This document shows positions 1-9,945 of a stretch of 64,000 bases of DNA, in pieces. A program made the position numbers and the translations under genes. The stretch spans positions 5,887-69,886 of the forward strand of contig JAFURB010000017.1 of assembly GCA_017472065.1 (NCBI GenBank). The letters run 5' to 3'. The stretch is from Alphaproteobacteria bacterium (GTDB lineage Bacteria; Pseudomonadota; Alphaproteobacteria; Rs-D84). Positions within the stretch are counted from its first letter, which is position 1. Each line of letters opens with the position of its first letter. Below the pieces are notes generated by a model. It did no database searches. It was not told where the DNA came from and was given only the letters and a program-made list of their open reading frames with translations.

Positions 1-2815
1 CACACGCGACAATATAGTATCTGAAAAAAACATAACAATTCCTGAAAATGGACTAAACCTGCCAATTGCAACCGATGTACCAGGTACATATTTTGTACAA
101 ATTATTGATACAGGTGGCAAAATATTATCTAACATCAAATACTTTGTCGCAGACAGCACCAACACATCCATGTCAACGACCACAAACGCAGAACTGGAAA
201 TCAAATTAAATTCAAACAAATATGCACCAGGTGATAAAATCTTGGTTAATATTGTTGCACCATACAGTGGTCACGGCCTTATCACGATTGAACGCGATCA
301 GGTATATGGATACAAATGGTTTACAATATCTGGCACTGCATCAACCCAGGAAATCGTATTACCATCTGATTTCGAAGGTACCGGATACATAAACGTATCA
401 TTTGTCCGCGACATAAATTCACGCGACATATTCACCGCACCATACACATATGCCGTCGCCCCATTTAGTACAGATGTATCAAATCGAACAATTGATGTTA
501 AATTATCTGCACCTGAAATAATCCGTGATAACAAATTAACTATTGAATACGAAACAAATAAGTCCGGACGTATTATGATTTTCGCCATTGACGAAGGTAT
601 ATTGCAGGTTGCGAAATATAAAACCCCCAACCCATTAAAATACTTTTTCAAGAAATCTGCACTGGCGGTGGAAACGTTCCAGATATTATCGCTGTTATTA
701 CCTGAATATAAAATTCTGCGCGAATTTGCCAAGACTGGTGGTGGCGATTATGCCGGTTCTGAATCAGAACTATCCGCGGCATTGGTAAATCCATTTTCGC
801 GTCGCACATCTGCGCCTGTTGCATTCTATTCTGGCATATTGGACACATCTGCGAACATACCTGCAAATGTGACATTTAATATCCCAGAAACATTTAACGG
901 CGCATTGCGGATATTTGCCGTTACCACAAACGATAATTCAATGGGTGGCGCAGAAACCACCACAACGGTACAAAGCCCATTGGTCATATCCACATCCGCC
1001 CCAACATTTGTTGCACCAAACGACATGTTCAATGTTAACACAGTTATAACAAACATGACCAATATAGGTGAATCTGCAAATATCCAGGTTGATGCAGTCG
1101 TGTCCAACAACCTGATTCTGGAATCAGATGCCAGCATCCAAGAACCCGTTGCCACAGATGCCCAGCACCTGTTTACATTTCGCGCCCAGGCAACTGATAA
1201 CCTGGGCGGTGGCGATATAACCATAAACGCCATGGCATTAAACGACAACGGCATGGCATTAATTAACCGTGCAATGACATCTGACATATCTGTACGACCG
1301 GTAACGCCATTTATATACAAAACAACCGCCGGCGTATTATCAGACACAGACACAAAAATTTCTGATTTCTATGTTGATTTATTTACTGATAAATCACAAA
1401 AAAATCTGTACATTTCCACAACGCCATTTATTTATGCGCGCCCACTGTTTAATTATCTGGCAAACTATGATTACCCATGCACCGAACAACTGGTATCGGG
1501 CGCGATTCCATACGCCACCGCCCCAGATAATTCAATCATGGGAACCAACTATGACATATCCGTTAAAAAGGTTGCAGATACCATAAACACACTAAAAAAT
1601 CGCCAGACCCAGGACGGTGCATTTGCATTATGGCCAAATACAAAAACATCTGCAAACACACCTGTATCCCCAGACACAGTATATTTAACCGCATATGTTG
1701 TAAACTTTTTGAATATGGCCCAATCAAATGGATTTATGGTGCCTGATAACATGCTGGGGCGTGCGCTGGATTTCTTGCGTGATTTTGCATCCAATACAAT
1801 AACAGACGACGAACACGCGCGTGCATTTGCCTATGCAATATATACCATCACATCAAACGGATATGTAACAACGGCATATATTGATAAATTCCAAGAATAC
1901 GCAGACAAAAACATGCGCGACTGGCAAACAACAATATCTGGTCCATACATCGCCGCCAGTTACAAGATGATGAAGCAAATAGACCGTGCGAACAAGTTAT
2001 CGAACATGTACCAAATGTCTAAGTCCAAGAAGTTCAAGTATTCAACAATGTTCACCAACAATGTCGCAGACGATGCCGCATACCTGTACATATCAAACAA
2101 ATACTTTGATATGCCGATTGAAAACATTGGCACTGCGATACATGAATACATAAATTCTGGCAACTATGATGCATACACCGCCGCCAGGGTATTTATGGCA
2201 CTGGCCGGCGCGCGTTCTGGTATGGCAACACCATCAAACATCACCATACAATCAGGTGACACAACATTGCCCCACGCTATTACCGATGGCATACTAACAG
2301 TATCAATACCAACAGATGTCAAAAAATTAAAAATCAAATGCCCATCATGCCATGATATGGCCCTGTACTATGCGATATCCCAACAAGGATTTGCGCGTCA
2401 TATATCAGATACATCAAACGGCATTGAAATCACACGTGAATACTTTGATGAATCTGGCAATCGTGTAACAACCGCGATGTTGGGCGATATTGTTAATGTA
2501 AAAATTACTGTCCGTGCCCGCAATACGAACTATATGCCAAATGTCGCAATTGTTGATTTGTTACCTGGTGGTTTTGTTGCCGAAGATATATCTGGCACAG
2601 ACCTAGAATTTTCTGAAATTCGTGAAGACCGGGTTGTAATATACACCAACCTGACGCGCCAAGAATCTGTATTCACATATCGCGCCCAGGTAACATCTGG
2701 CGGAACATTTGCGATTGCCCCAATACACGCAATGTCCATGTACAACCCGTCCATATCGGCCACAGACACACCATCTGCCAACATATTCCAGGTATTCAAT
2801 GCGCCAAATGAATAA
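1..2815 (+). CDS. alpha-2-macroglobulin family protein (5' end outside window; about 937 codons visible)
   Basis: Frame of ORF 170..2815 stays open back to base 2, so the gene is cut by the window edge. Thioester motif C-T-E-Q (YPCTEQLVS) at 1478..1489. Stop overlaps the start of the downstream pbpC-like gene. Confidence 0.8.
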   Translation, partial: TRDNIVSEKNITIPENGLNLPIATDVPGTYFVQIIDTGGKILSNIKYFVADSTNTSMSTTTNAELEIKLNSNKYAPGDKILVNIVAPYSGHGLITIERDQVYGYKWFTISGTASTQEIVLPSDFEGTGYINVSFVRDINSRDIFTAPYTYAVAPFSTDVSNRTIDVKLSAPEIIRDNKLTIEYETNKSGRIMIFAIDEGILQVAKYKTPNPLKYFFKKSALAVETFQILSLLLPEYKILREFAKTGGGDYAGSESELSAALVNPFSRRTSAPVAFYSGILDTSANIPANVTFNIPETFNGALRIFAVTTNDNSMGGAETTTTVQSPLVISTSAPTFVAPNDMFNVNTVITNMTNIGESANIQVDAVVSNNLILESDASIQEPVATDAQHLFTFRAQATDNLGGGDITINAMALNDNGMALINRAMTSDISVRPVTPFIYKTTAGVLSDTDTKISDFYVDLFTDKSQKNLYISTTPFIYARPLFNYLANYDYPCTEQLVSGAIPYATAPDNSIMGTNYDISVKKVADTINTLKNRQTQDGAFALWPNTKTSANTPVSPDTVYLTAYVVNFLNMAQSNGFMVPDNMLGRALDFLRDFASNTITDDEHARAFAYAIYTITSNGYVTTAYIDKFQEYADKNMRDWQTTISGPYIAASYKMMKQIDRANKLSNMYQMSKSKKFKYSTMFTNNVADDAAYLYISNKYFDMPIENIGTAIHEYINSGNYDAYTAARVFMALAGARSGMATPSNITIQSGDTTLPHAITDGILTVSIPTDVKKLKIKCPSCHDMALYYAISQQGFARHISDTSNGIEITREYFDESGNRVTTAMLGDIVNVKITVRARNTNYMPNVAIVDLLPGGFVAEDISGTDLEFSEIREDRVVIYTNLTRQESVFTYRAQVTSGGTFAIAPIHAMSMYNPSISATDTPSANIFQVFNAPNE

Positions 2816-5177
2816 GATTTTTAACCACATAAAATCATATTACAATCGGCATAAACGGCTATGTAACATTGTTGGAATCATCGTTATTGTTTATATGACA
2901 ATACGCGTATTTTTTACACCACCCTTGCTATCGGGCATAGATTTTTCACACGCATACTATGATCGTAATGGCAACCTGATGCGATTAACATTATCCAGCG
3001 ATGATAAATTTAGACTATTTACCCCGATTGATAAAATCAGTCCAGACCTGATACGCGCCACTGTTTTATACGAAGATAAATACTTTTATACCCACCCAGG
3101 CATCAATCCAATATCATTAATACGGGCCACACGCAATTATGTGTCTGGCAACCCTGACACCCCGGGCGCATCCACAATCACAATGCAGGTTGCCCGACTA
3201 AAATACAATTTAGACACAAAAAATCTAAAAGAAAAACTGGTACAAATTGCCGCGGCAATTTACATTGACATGTTTTATTCCAAGGCTGAAATTATGGAGG
3301 CCTATTTGAATCTTGCCCCATATGGTGGCAATATCGAAGGGGCCGCCGCCGCATCATTAATATACTTTCAACGCCCTGTCCACGACATATCAACAATTGA
3401 ATCCATTACACTGTCAACAATTCCCCAGAATCCGCGCAAACGCGGTCTGAACACCCCGGACGGCATGGCCACAATGGCCAAGATGCGAACAAATCTTGTT
3501 GATCGCTGGGTTGCTAAATACCCAGACGACGAAAAATTAACAACATTAAACACGATGCCACTAAACATATATGGCATCCGTGATTTACCATTTGATGCGC
3601 CACATTTTATAAACCACGAAATTCGCACCCCACAAACAAGCCAATATACAGTAACCACAACATTGGACATAGAATTACAAAAACGCATGGAACGAACGAT
3701 GCGCGCACAAATAGACAACCGCAAGGCATACGGCATACATAATGCCGCCGCAATATTAGTTAACTATAAAACAATGGATGTTCTGGCACACATTGGTTCT
3801 GTTGACTATTTTGATAAATCCATATACGGTCAAAACGATGGTGTTCATGCCCGACGCAGTCCCGGTTCAACATTAAAGCCATTAATATACGCCACCGCGA
3901 TTGATATGGGTCATATACACTCTATGACATTACTAAAAGATTCCCCGATTAATTTTGGTGTATATGCCCCAGAAAATTCAGACAGTGGTTTTTATGGCCC
4001 TGTATTGGCACGTGATGCACTGACCCACTCGCGCAATATACCTGCGATACACCTGGTCCAGAAAATTGGCATAAATAATTTTTACAGAATACTAAACAAA
4101 TCGGGCGTATCTGGGTTAAAGCATCCATCACACTATGGTATATCAATCGCCCTTGGCGGGGCCGAGGTTTCAATGTTCGAACTGGCCGACATTTACGCAA
4201 CGATGGCCAACCTGGGCCACCGATATGAAATTCGCACCCACCTGAATACACCACAAAAAACAATCGACAAAATTCTGTCCCCGGAATCATTTTTCATGAC
4301 ACTGGATATGCTGGCCCGACAAGACGACACAAAAAAACACATCCCATTTACCACCGCCAAGAAAAATAATATCCGCCATTATTGGAAGACCGGCACATCA
4401 TCATCGTTCCGCGATGCATGGACCGCCGGGATATTTGGGGACTATGTATTAATCGTATGGGTTGGTAATTTTGACGGCACCCCAAACAATGCGTTCAGTG
4501 GCGCCCGCACCGCGGTCCCGATATATTTTGCACTGGCCGACACAATTGCCCAATACAATTTAGATATTGGCACCCCGGTAACAAACAACAATTTCATGCG
4601 CGATGATTTGAACATTACAACTGTTGACATGTGTGACAAGGTTGGCGGCATCGCCGGCCCACACTGTCCCAGAACAATTTCTGCATATTTCATCCCAGGT
4701 GTTTCCCCCATTGACACATCCCCAATATATCGTGCGGTTGCAATTGATAACGCCACTGGTCGTCGCGCATGCACAAACAATCCGCGCACCACCCATTACC
4801 AGGTTTACGAATTCTGGGATGCAGAATTTCTGGACATGTTTCGACGCGCCGGCATTACACGCAACACCCCACCACCATTTATGCCGGGATGCGATTTAGA
4901 TAATATCCATGATACAACAAACACCCCATACATCGTATCACCCGCCGCCGACACAAAAACCGTTATCGTATCAGACGATGACTTTGCCCCCATATCATTT
5001 ATGGCTGTGTCGCAAAACCCATCTGTAAAAATTTTCTGGTTTCTAGATGATAAAGTACTGGGAACGACAAAATCAGGCGAAACATTAATCCACAATACCC
5101 CAATCGGCACACATACCGTCCGCATATCAACCGACGACGGCACCGGCACATCATCAGATTTTACAGTAACAAAATAA
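2808..5177 (+). CDS. pbpC: penicillin-binding protein 1C (bifunctional transglycosylase/transpeptidase)
   Basis: GT51 motif RATVLYEDKYFYTHPGINP. Transpeptidase motifs STLK, SRN, KTGT. ATG at 2808 (ATGAATAA overlap with the upstream stop) preferred over the ORF-track start 2709. Confidence 0.85.
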   Translation: MNKIFNHIKSYYNRHKRLCNIVGIIVIVYMTIRVFFTPPLLSGIDFSHAYYDRNGNLMRLTLSSDDKFRLFTPIDKISPDLIRATVLYEDKYFYTHPGINPISLIRATRNYVSGNPDTPGASTITMQVARLKYNLDTKNLKEKLVQIAAAIYIDMFYSKAEIMEAYLNLAPYGGNIEGAAAASLIYFQRPVHDISTIESITLSTIPQNPRKRGLNTPDGMATMAKMRTNLVDRWVAKYPDDEKLTTLNTMPLNIYGIRDLPFDAPHFINHEIRTPQTSQYTVTTTLDIELQKRMERTMRAQIDNRKAYGIHNAAAILVNYKTMDVLAHIGSVDYFDKSIYGQNDGVHARRSPGSTLKPLIYATAIDMGHIHSMTLLKDSPINFGVYAPENSDSGFYGPVLARDALTHSRNIPAIHLVQKIGINNFYRILNKSGVSGLKHPSHYGISIALGGAEVSMFELADIYATMANLGHRYEIRTHLNTPQKTIDKILSPESFFMTLDMLARQDDTKKHIPFTTAKKNNIRHYWKTGTSSSFRDAWTAGIFGDYVLIVWVGNFDGTPNNAFSGARTAVPIYFALADTIAQYNLDIGTPVTNNNFMRDDLNITTVDMCDKVGGIAGPHCPRTISAYFIPGVSPIDTSPIYRAVAIDNATGRRACTNNPRTTHYQVYEFWDAEFLDMFRRAGITRNTPPPFMPGCDLDNIHDTTNTPYIVSPAADTKTVIVSDDDFAPISFMAVSQNPSVKIFWFLDDKVLGTTKSGETLIHNTPIGTHTVRISTDDGTGTSSDFTVTK

Positions 5178-5187
5178 ACAAAACCTA

Positions 5188-5215
5188 TTGACAATCAATA
5201 TTTTTGTACTATATT
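5188..5215 (+). promoter_or_regulatory. sigma70-type promoter TTGACA-N16-TATATT
   Basis: ctaTTGACAatcaatatttttgtacTATATTatc. Confidence 0.5.
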
Positions 5216-5248
5216 ATCATACAATAATAACAAATCCCAGGGGACACC

Positions 5249-5620
5249 ATGAACAAGAAAACACCCAAAATACATGTTGCAGGCACAACTATATACCTGT
5301 TTGATTCTATAATCACCCAGGATATATTACACATAAATCGCCTGAACGCAGCGATTAAGATTGCGATTGAAAACGCAAAATCCGCAAACAATAAAACCTT
5401 AACAATATATGTTGATTGCCCAGACACGGTTATTGACGAACGTTTTCAGCCAACATTGACCGCCATATACAATGCGGCCCAATCTGGCATCAATTTAAGC
5501 ATATGCAACGCATCAAACCAAGAATCAACATATGTACGCGTTTTGGAATCGATTAGCGAACTATCAAAAACACCCGAACCATCAAACAGTCCATTTCGCA
5601 AATATATGAAACAGCATTAA
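5249..5620 (+). CDS. hypothetical protein (123 aa)
   Basis: ORF with an AGGGGA RBS, preceded by a TTGACA-N16-TATATT promoter and followed by a stem-loop terminator. No motif recognised. Confidence 0.6.
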   Translation: MNKKTPKIHVAGTTIYLFDSIITQDILHINRLNAAIKIAIENAKSANNKTLTIYVDCPDTVIDERFQPTLTAIYNAAQSGINLSICNASNQESTYVRVLESISELSKTPEPSNSPFRKYMKQH

Positions 5621-5646
5621 AAAACGGGGTCACCCCCGTTTTTTTA
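5619..5646. terminator. bidirectional intrinsic terminator
   Basis: A6-acgggg-tcac-ccccgt-T7; lies between convergent genes. Confidence 0.75.
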
Positions 5647-7071
5647 TTTTTTATCTGCCTTTGAATTATTCTCTGCTTTTGATTTATCATCGGCCAATGC
5701 ATCTGTGGGACTAACATTTGCACGCGATTGCATTTTTGACATTGCAATAACCATATCCATCGCGCGTTGCAATTGATAATCCAACGCATCTTTTTCTTCA
5801 TCGGTTAATTCTTCTGTTTTTTCATCAGATTCCGCATCGTCATCATCAGTTTTCTTTTTATCTTTTTTCTTTGCCTGATCATTTTTCAAAGAATTCTTAA
5901 ACGATGCTTCGGAATACATGCTTTCCTTTTTTTCCAGAACTTCTACCTTGGAATGTAAAACCTCTACATCGGGGGTAATACCTTCGTTCTGAATAGACCG
6001 TCCCGACGGCGTATAATAACGTGCAATCGTGATATGAATTGCCGTTCCATCCCCCAGTGGTTTTTGTTGCTGAACACTGCCCTTGCCGAACGATTGTGAC
6101 CCCATAACCAATCCGCGCCCATTATCCTGAATTGCGCCGGCAACAATTTCCGACGCCGATGCCGACCCATGGTTGATCAGCACCACAACTGGTTTTCCAT
6201 TTGTTAAATCGCCGGGCTTGGCGAAATTTCTTTCAATATCGGCTTTGTCTTTGCCACGGGTTGAAACAATTTCCCCCCCATCCAAGAACGCATCCGACAC
6301 ATCAATCGCCGCGGTTAAATATCCACCTGGATTATTACGCACATCCAGAACATATCCCGCCACCTTTTTCTTTTCTAATTCTGTGATTGCCTTTTTCAAA
6401 TCGCGTGCAGTTGTCACACCGAAATCAGAAATTCTGATGTATCCAATTTTTGGGGTATCTTTATCATCTGGGTCGGCATCCGCCATTGTTTTTACATCAT
6501 GTTTTACCGATTCCACCTTGATAATTGCGCGTTTCAAGGTCAGATTTTTTTCTTCGCCATCTGATATAATGGTTAACTTTACCTTGGTCCCGGGGCGCCC
6601 CTTCATCTTTTTTACCGCCTGATTTAATGTTAAATCAAACACCTGTTCACCATCAATATGTGTGATATAGTCCCCGGCCTTAATCCCTGCTTTATCTGCC
6701 GGGGTATCGTCAATTGGTGAAATGACACGCACCGCGCCACGATCACTGGTAATTTGAATCCCCAGTCCCCCAAATTCACCATGCGATTTATCATTAAATT
6801 CTTTGAAATCATCCGCCGACAAATACGAAGAGTGCGGATCCAACGCCCCCAACATACCGTTCATGGCGGCTTCTAACATCTTTTTTTCATCGGCTTCTTC
6901 GACAAAGTTATCGCGAGCCACCTCGAAAACCATGGCCAGTTTTTTCAGTTCTTCATAAATCTGTTCATCCGTCAGATGAACAACAGGCTCTTCCTTTTTT
7001 TTGTTTTTCGGTGCCGCATCCACCACCATCGGCATTGCCAGCATTGTCAAAATCATAAGTTTTTTCAACAT
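5644..7071 (-). CDS. ctpA: carboxy-terminal processing peptidase (S41 family, PDZ domain) with K/D/E-rich C-terminal tail
   Basis: PDZ-like ADKAGIKAGDYITHIDG. S41 motifs GSASASEI and GKGSVQ. Signal peptide MLKKLMILTMLAMPMVVDA from ATG 7071 with an AAAGGA RBS; the ORF-track start 7131 is rejected. Confidence 0.85.
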   Translation of the reverse strand: MLKKLMILTMLAMPMVVDAAPKNKKKEEPVVHLTDEQIYEELKKLAMVFEVARDNFVEEADEKKMLEAAMNGMLGALDPHSSYLSADDFKEFNDKSHGEFGGLGIQITSDRGAVRVISPIDDTPADKAGIKAGDYITHIDGEQVFDLTLNQAVKKMKGRPGTKVKLTIISDGEEKNLTLKRAIIKVESVKHDVKTMADADPDDKDTPKIGYIRISDFGVTTARDLKKAITELEKKKVAGYVLDVRNNPGGYLTAAIDVSDAFLDGGEIVSTRGKDKADIERNFAKPGDLTNGKPVVVLINHGSASASEIVAGAIQDNGRGLVMGSQSFGKGSVQQQKPLGDGTAIHITIARYYTPSGRSIQNEGITPDVEVLHSKVEVLEKKESMYSEASFKNSLKNDQAKKKDKKKTDDDDAESDEKTEELTDEEKDALDYQLQRAMDMVIAMSKMQSRANVSPTDALADDKSKAENNSKADKK

Positions 7072-7159
7072 ACAACATATCCTTTCGTTCTTAATATCCC
7101 CCAGGATAACCCAAATCCGCCCCGCATTCAACCCGATTTTATATAAAACACCCTAATAC

Positions 7160-7187
7160 TTGACATTTTATATTTTTGTACTACAAT
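7160..7187 (+). promoter_or_regulatory. sigma70-type promoter TTGACA-N16-TACAAT
   Basis: acTTGACAttttatatttttgtacTACAATtcaaattATG. Confidence 0.5.
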
Positions 7188-7194
7188 TCAAATT

Positions 7195-8244
7195 ATGAAA
7201 GATATCAGTACTGTAAATTTTATAAAGATACCGCTTGATAATCCAAACATACTGGAACACCCAACCAGTATGGATTTGTCACGCCCGTGCATATTGATAT
7301 TAGGTGGCGAAAACACAAATACACAAGAGTGGGCACGAAATTACTGTATTACAATTGCAAAAACACTGTACTTAAATGGTATTCAAGATGGCTTAGATAT
7401 ATATTCCGCCTGTTATAAATTACGTGATCGCAACAGCGACTTGGATCGCTTAAACCTGTTTCGTGAATTTCGCGACACCAAAAGCCTATTTGATTACGGT
7501 AACGGTTTAACAATGACCGATATCACATATATGAACCAATCTTATCCGTTAAGCAACACATACCCCAATTATATATATGATGTTCTTAACTTTGCATTTA
7601 TTCCCCGCTTGATTGGACGTAACGAGCAAATGATACAAACAAAGAAAATCAAAGAAAATTTCAGAAATATGATAGTGTACACACATTGTCATGGTACATA
7701 TGTGTTGCGAATGATAGAAAAATATCTAAACCAAGAATCTAACAAATTCACATACAGTTTACAAGATATGTACGAAATAGAAAAAAGCATACTGGCAATA
7801 AACCACGCACCATTTGCACCACTGGAACAATGCAAATTTTCCGCTCTGTCATTTACCAGCGCATCTGATTCGCAGATAAATTATTACAATGAACTCAGTT
7901 ACTATATGCGAATATCACCAGAAAGTTTCAAGCCAGCATTTTTTGGACCAAAATTCGGCAATGTGATGATAACAAGCCAAATAAAAGAAGATATAACCAA
8001 AGAACACAGTCAGGTCGGTCTTAGTGGCGACCCCAGAGATGAACATATGCTAACAGAAAACGGACAAATATTATTCGCCACAGAACGCAACGCATTACTA
8101 GAAGGAACGCGCGCTATGCTTGCGGGAAAACCGATTCCAGCAATACCCAAACTAATACACACACCCGACGACGAGTTTGATTTCAATTATTTCAAAGCTC
8201 TTGGTCAGCAAATATGCATAAAACTGGGTATAAAAACACGTTAA
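7195..8244 (+). CDS. hypothetical cytoplasmic protein (349 aa), apparently leaderless mRNA
   Basis: Long ORF. TTGACA-N16-TACAAT promoter ends 7 nt before the ATG. No signal peptide and no motif recognised. Confidence 0.65.
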   Translation: MKDISTVNFIKIPLDNPNILEHPTSMDLSRPCILILGGENTNTQEWARNYCITIAKTLYLNGIQDGLDIYSACYKLRDRNSDLDRLNLFREFRDTKSLFDYGNGLTMTDITYMNQSYPLSNTYPNYIYDVLNFAFIPRLIGRNEQMIQTKKIKENFRNMIVYTHCHGTYVLRMIEKYLNQESNKFTYSLQDMYEIEKSILAINHAPFAPLEQCKFSALSFTSASDSQINYYNELSYYMRISPESFKPAFFGPKFGNVMITSQIKEDITKEHSQVGLSGDPRDEHMLTENGQILFATERNALLEGTRAMLAGKPIPAIPKLIHTPDDEFDFNYFKALGQQICIKLGIKTR

Positions 8245-8410
8245 CACAGGATAACATCTTATTCATGGTCGTGAAACATATATCGCAGATTTTGGGCCAG
8301 ATTTCGTTATAAACGCCCATTGCCACCGGCATTGAAAACAACGCGAACAAGGTTGCATTTATGCGAAACCAAATCGAAACATTTAGAAATATAGAACGCC
8401 AGTTCACAAA

Positions 8411-8437
8411 ATAATCCCGGCATCACCGGGATTTTTT
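8411..8437. terminator. bidirectional intrinsic terminator
   Basis: atcccgg-catca-ccgggat followed by T8. Confidence 0.7.
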
Positions 8438-9301
8438 TTACAACAAACCAAACTTAGTTATATAATTAAATGATATTCCAATAATGAAATTACTGCCATA
8501 AACATCAACCCCACGGGCGCGGGCGCGACGATATTGTACATATGGCCCCATCGTCAAATCACCCCACAGGTTTGTATCCAAACGCGCAACCGCACTTAAA
8601 TCACGTTCCAAATCAGTTGGCACATATAACGAATAACTTAGATATTCACGATAGTATCCATTTGACGAAAATTTTACACCATCACGAATCTGGTATTCCA
8701 ATCGCCAACCAATTTCCGCCGCCAATTTTGATGTCTTTTCGTCGGCATATGTAAAATCATATTCATACACACCGGTCAAATAAAGACTCTTAATAACCTT
8801 GTTATCAAACAACGACAAACCAGCATTGGCACGAACAATATTTTGACGCGGCGCATCACCGGATGCGATAAATTCTGTGTCATATGCGGCACGAACCGTC
8901 GGACCAAATTTGAACCCAGAAAATTCCCAACATCCATATTCCAAATTACTGGACAATAAAATATCGTCTGCATTTTCACTGGATGTAACCTCGCCTTCGG
9001 CTGGCTTCAGTTTTGTTTCCCCATATTCCATAAACAGCGAATTATCCCACTGGAAACGATTTTTCTTGTATTCCAACGCGGTATCAAAAACACCCTTGAT
9101 AAAATCCTGGCTGTCCGCGTTCAGGGCCGAAACCGGCGAATCCTTGTATTCTATGGCATGACGAACCTGGGTTTGGGACAATTCCAAACCAATACGACGC
9201 ACGGATAAAACCAGACTGTCCGCATCCGCCGAATTTGCTTCATCCGCAAACGATACACACGGCAACATTGCCGCAAATAAAATAAACGACACTTTTTTCA
9301 T
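8438..9301 (-). CDS. putative outer-membrane beta-barrel protein
   Basis: Signal peptide MKKVSFILFAAMLPCVSFA. Alternating amphipathic strands rich in Y/F/G. ATG 9301 with an AGGGG RBS preferred over GTG 9307. Confidence 0.6.
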   Translation of the reverse strand: MKKVSFILFAAMLPCVSFADEANSADADSLVLSVRRIGLELSQTQVRHAIEYKDSPVSALNADSQDFIKGVFDTALEYKKNRFQWDNSLFMEYGETKLKPAEGEVTSSENADDILLSSNLEYGCWEFSGFKFGPTVRAAYDTEFIASGDAPRQNIVRANAGLSLFDNKVIKSLYLTGVYEYDFTYADEKTSKLAAEIGWRLEYQIRDGVKFSSNGYYREYLSYSLYVPTDLERDLSAVARLDTNLWGDLTMGPYVQYRRARARGVDVYGSNFIIGISFNYITKFGLL

Positions 9302-9324
9302 AAACACACCCCTAAGTATTTAAC

Positions 9325-9939
9325 CTATTTCCAAATACGCAATGCACCATCCATATTTGAATAATGCCATCCCGCTTCACGCACCGCAATTGTAAACGCG
9401 CCACGCGACGACATTGGCAAATCAACCATTAAACGATTACCTTGAACATTACGAATCGCAATATTGATATTTTCACGTCCCGCAATCTGATTTAATTCAA
9501 TCCAGTTTTCAATCGGATTTTTCATTTCAGCCCACACAACAAACCGATTCGTATCATCGCCACTGGGCAACCAATTCTGTATGGCATTTTCCGCCATCCA
9601 CGCACGCGCCGCCACATCATCAATGACCATAGTAATTTTTGCAGAATATGTCGTATCAGATGTTTGTTCCCCGTCAATTTCAGTTGATGCAATCAAAGAA
9701 TTCAACGCATCATTGTCCATCGCCCCCAGAACCGTCACCAACGCACCACGGTCCGAATATTGTCCCAAAACATCGGAAATGATTTGACGACGCGCCTCGG
9801 CCATGGCCATATTCTTGGCCGCAGCGGCGGTTTCACTGGTTATATTAATTGATGCAGAACCGCGCAAATCCACGGCAAATGCCGTGGACACAAAAATCGC
9901 GCAAAATACACTAAACAGCCATTTCATGTTGCGTATCAT
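9325..9939 (-). CDS. exported hypothetical protein (204 aa)
   Basis: N-terminal signal peptide (WLFSVFCAIFVSTAFA). Tightly spaced between two OMP genes on the same strand. Confidence 0.6.
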   Translation of the reverse strand: MIRNMKWLFSVFCAIFVSTAFAVDLRGSASINITSETAAAAKNMAMAEARRQIISDVLGQYSDRGALVTVLGAMDNDALNSLIASTEIDGEQTSDTTYSAKITMVIDDVAARAWMAENAIQNWLPSGDDTNRFVVWAEMKNPIENWIELNQIAGRENINIAIRNVQGNRLMVDLPMSSRGAFTIAVREAGWHYSNMDGALRIWK

Positions 9940-9945
9940 AACACC

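Noticed and set aside
8192-8407. Minus-strand 71-aa ORF overlapping the 3' end of 7195..8244
   Set aside because: It has a GTG start inside the terminator hairpin, has no RBS and overlaps a better-supported gene.
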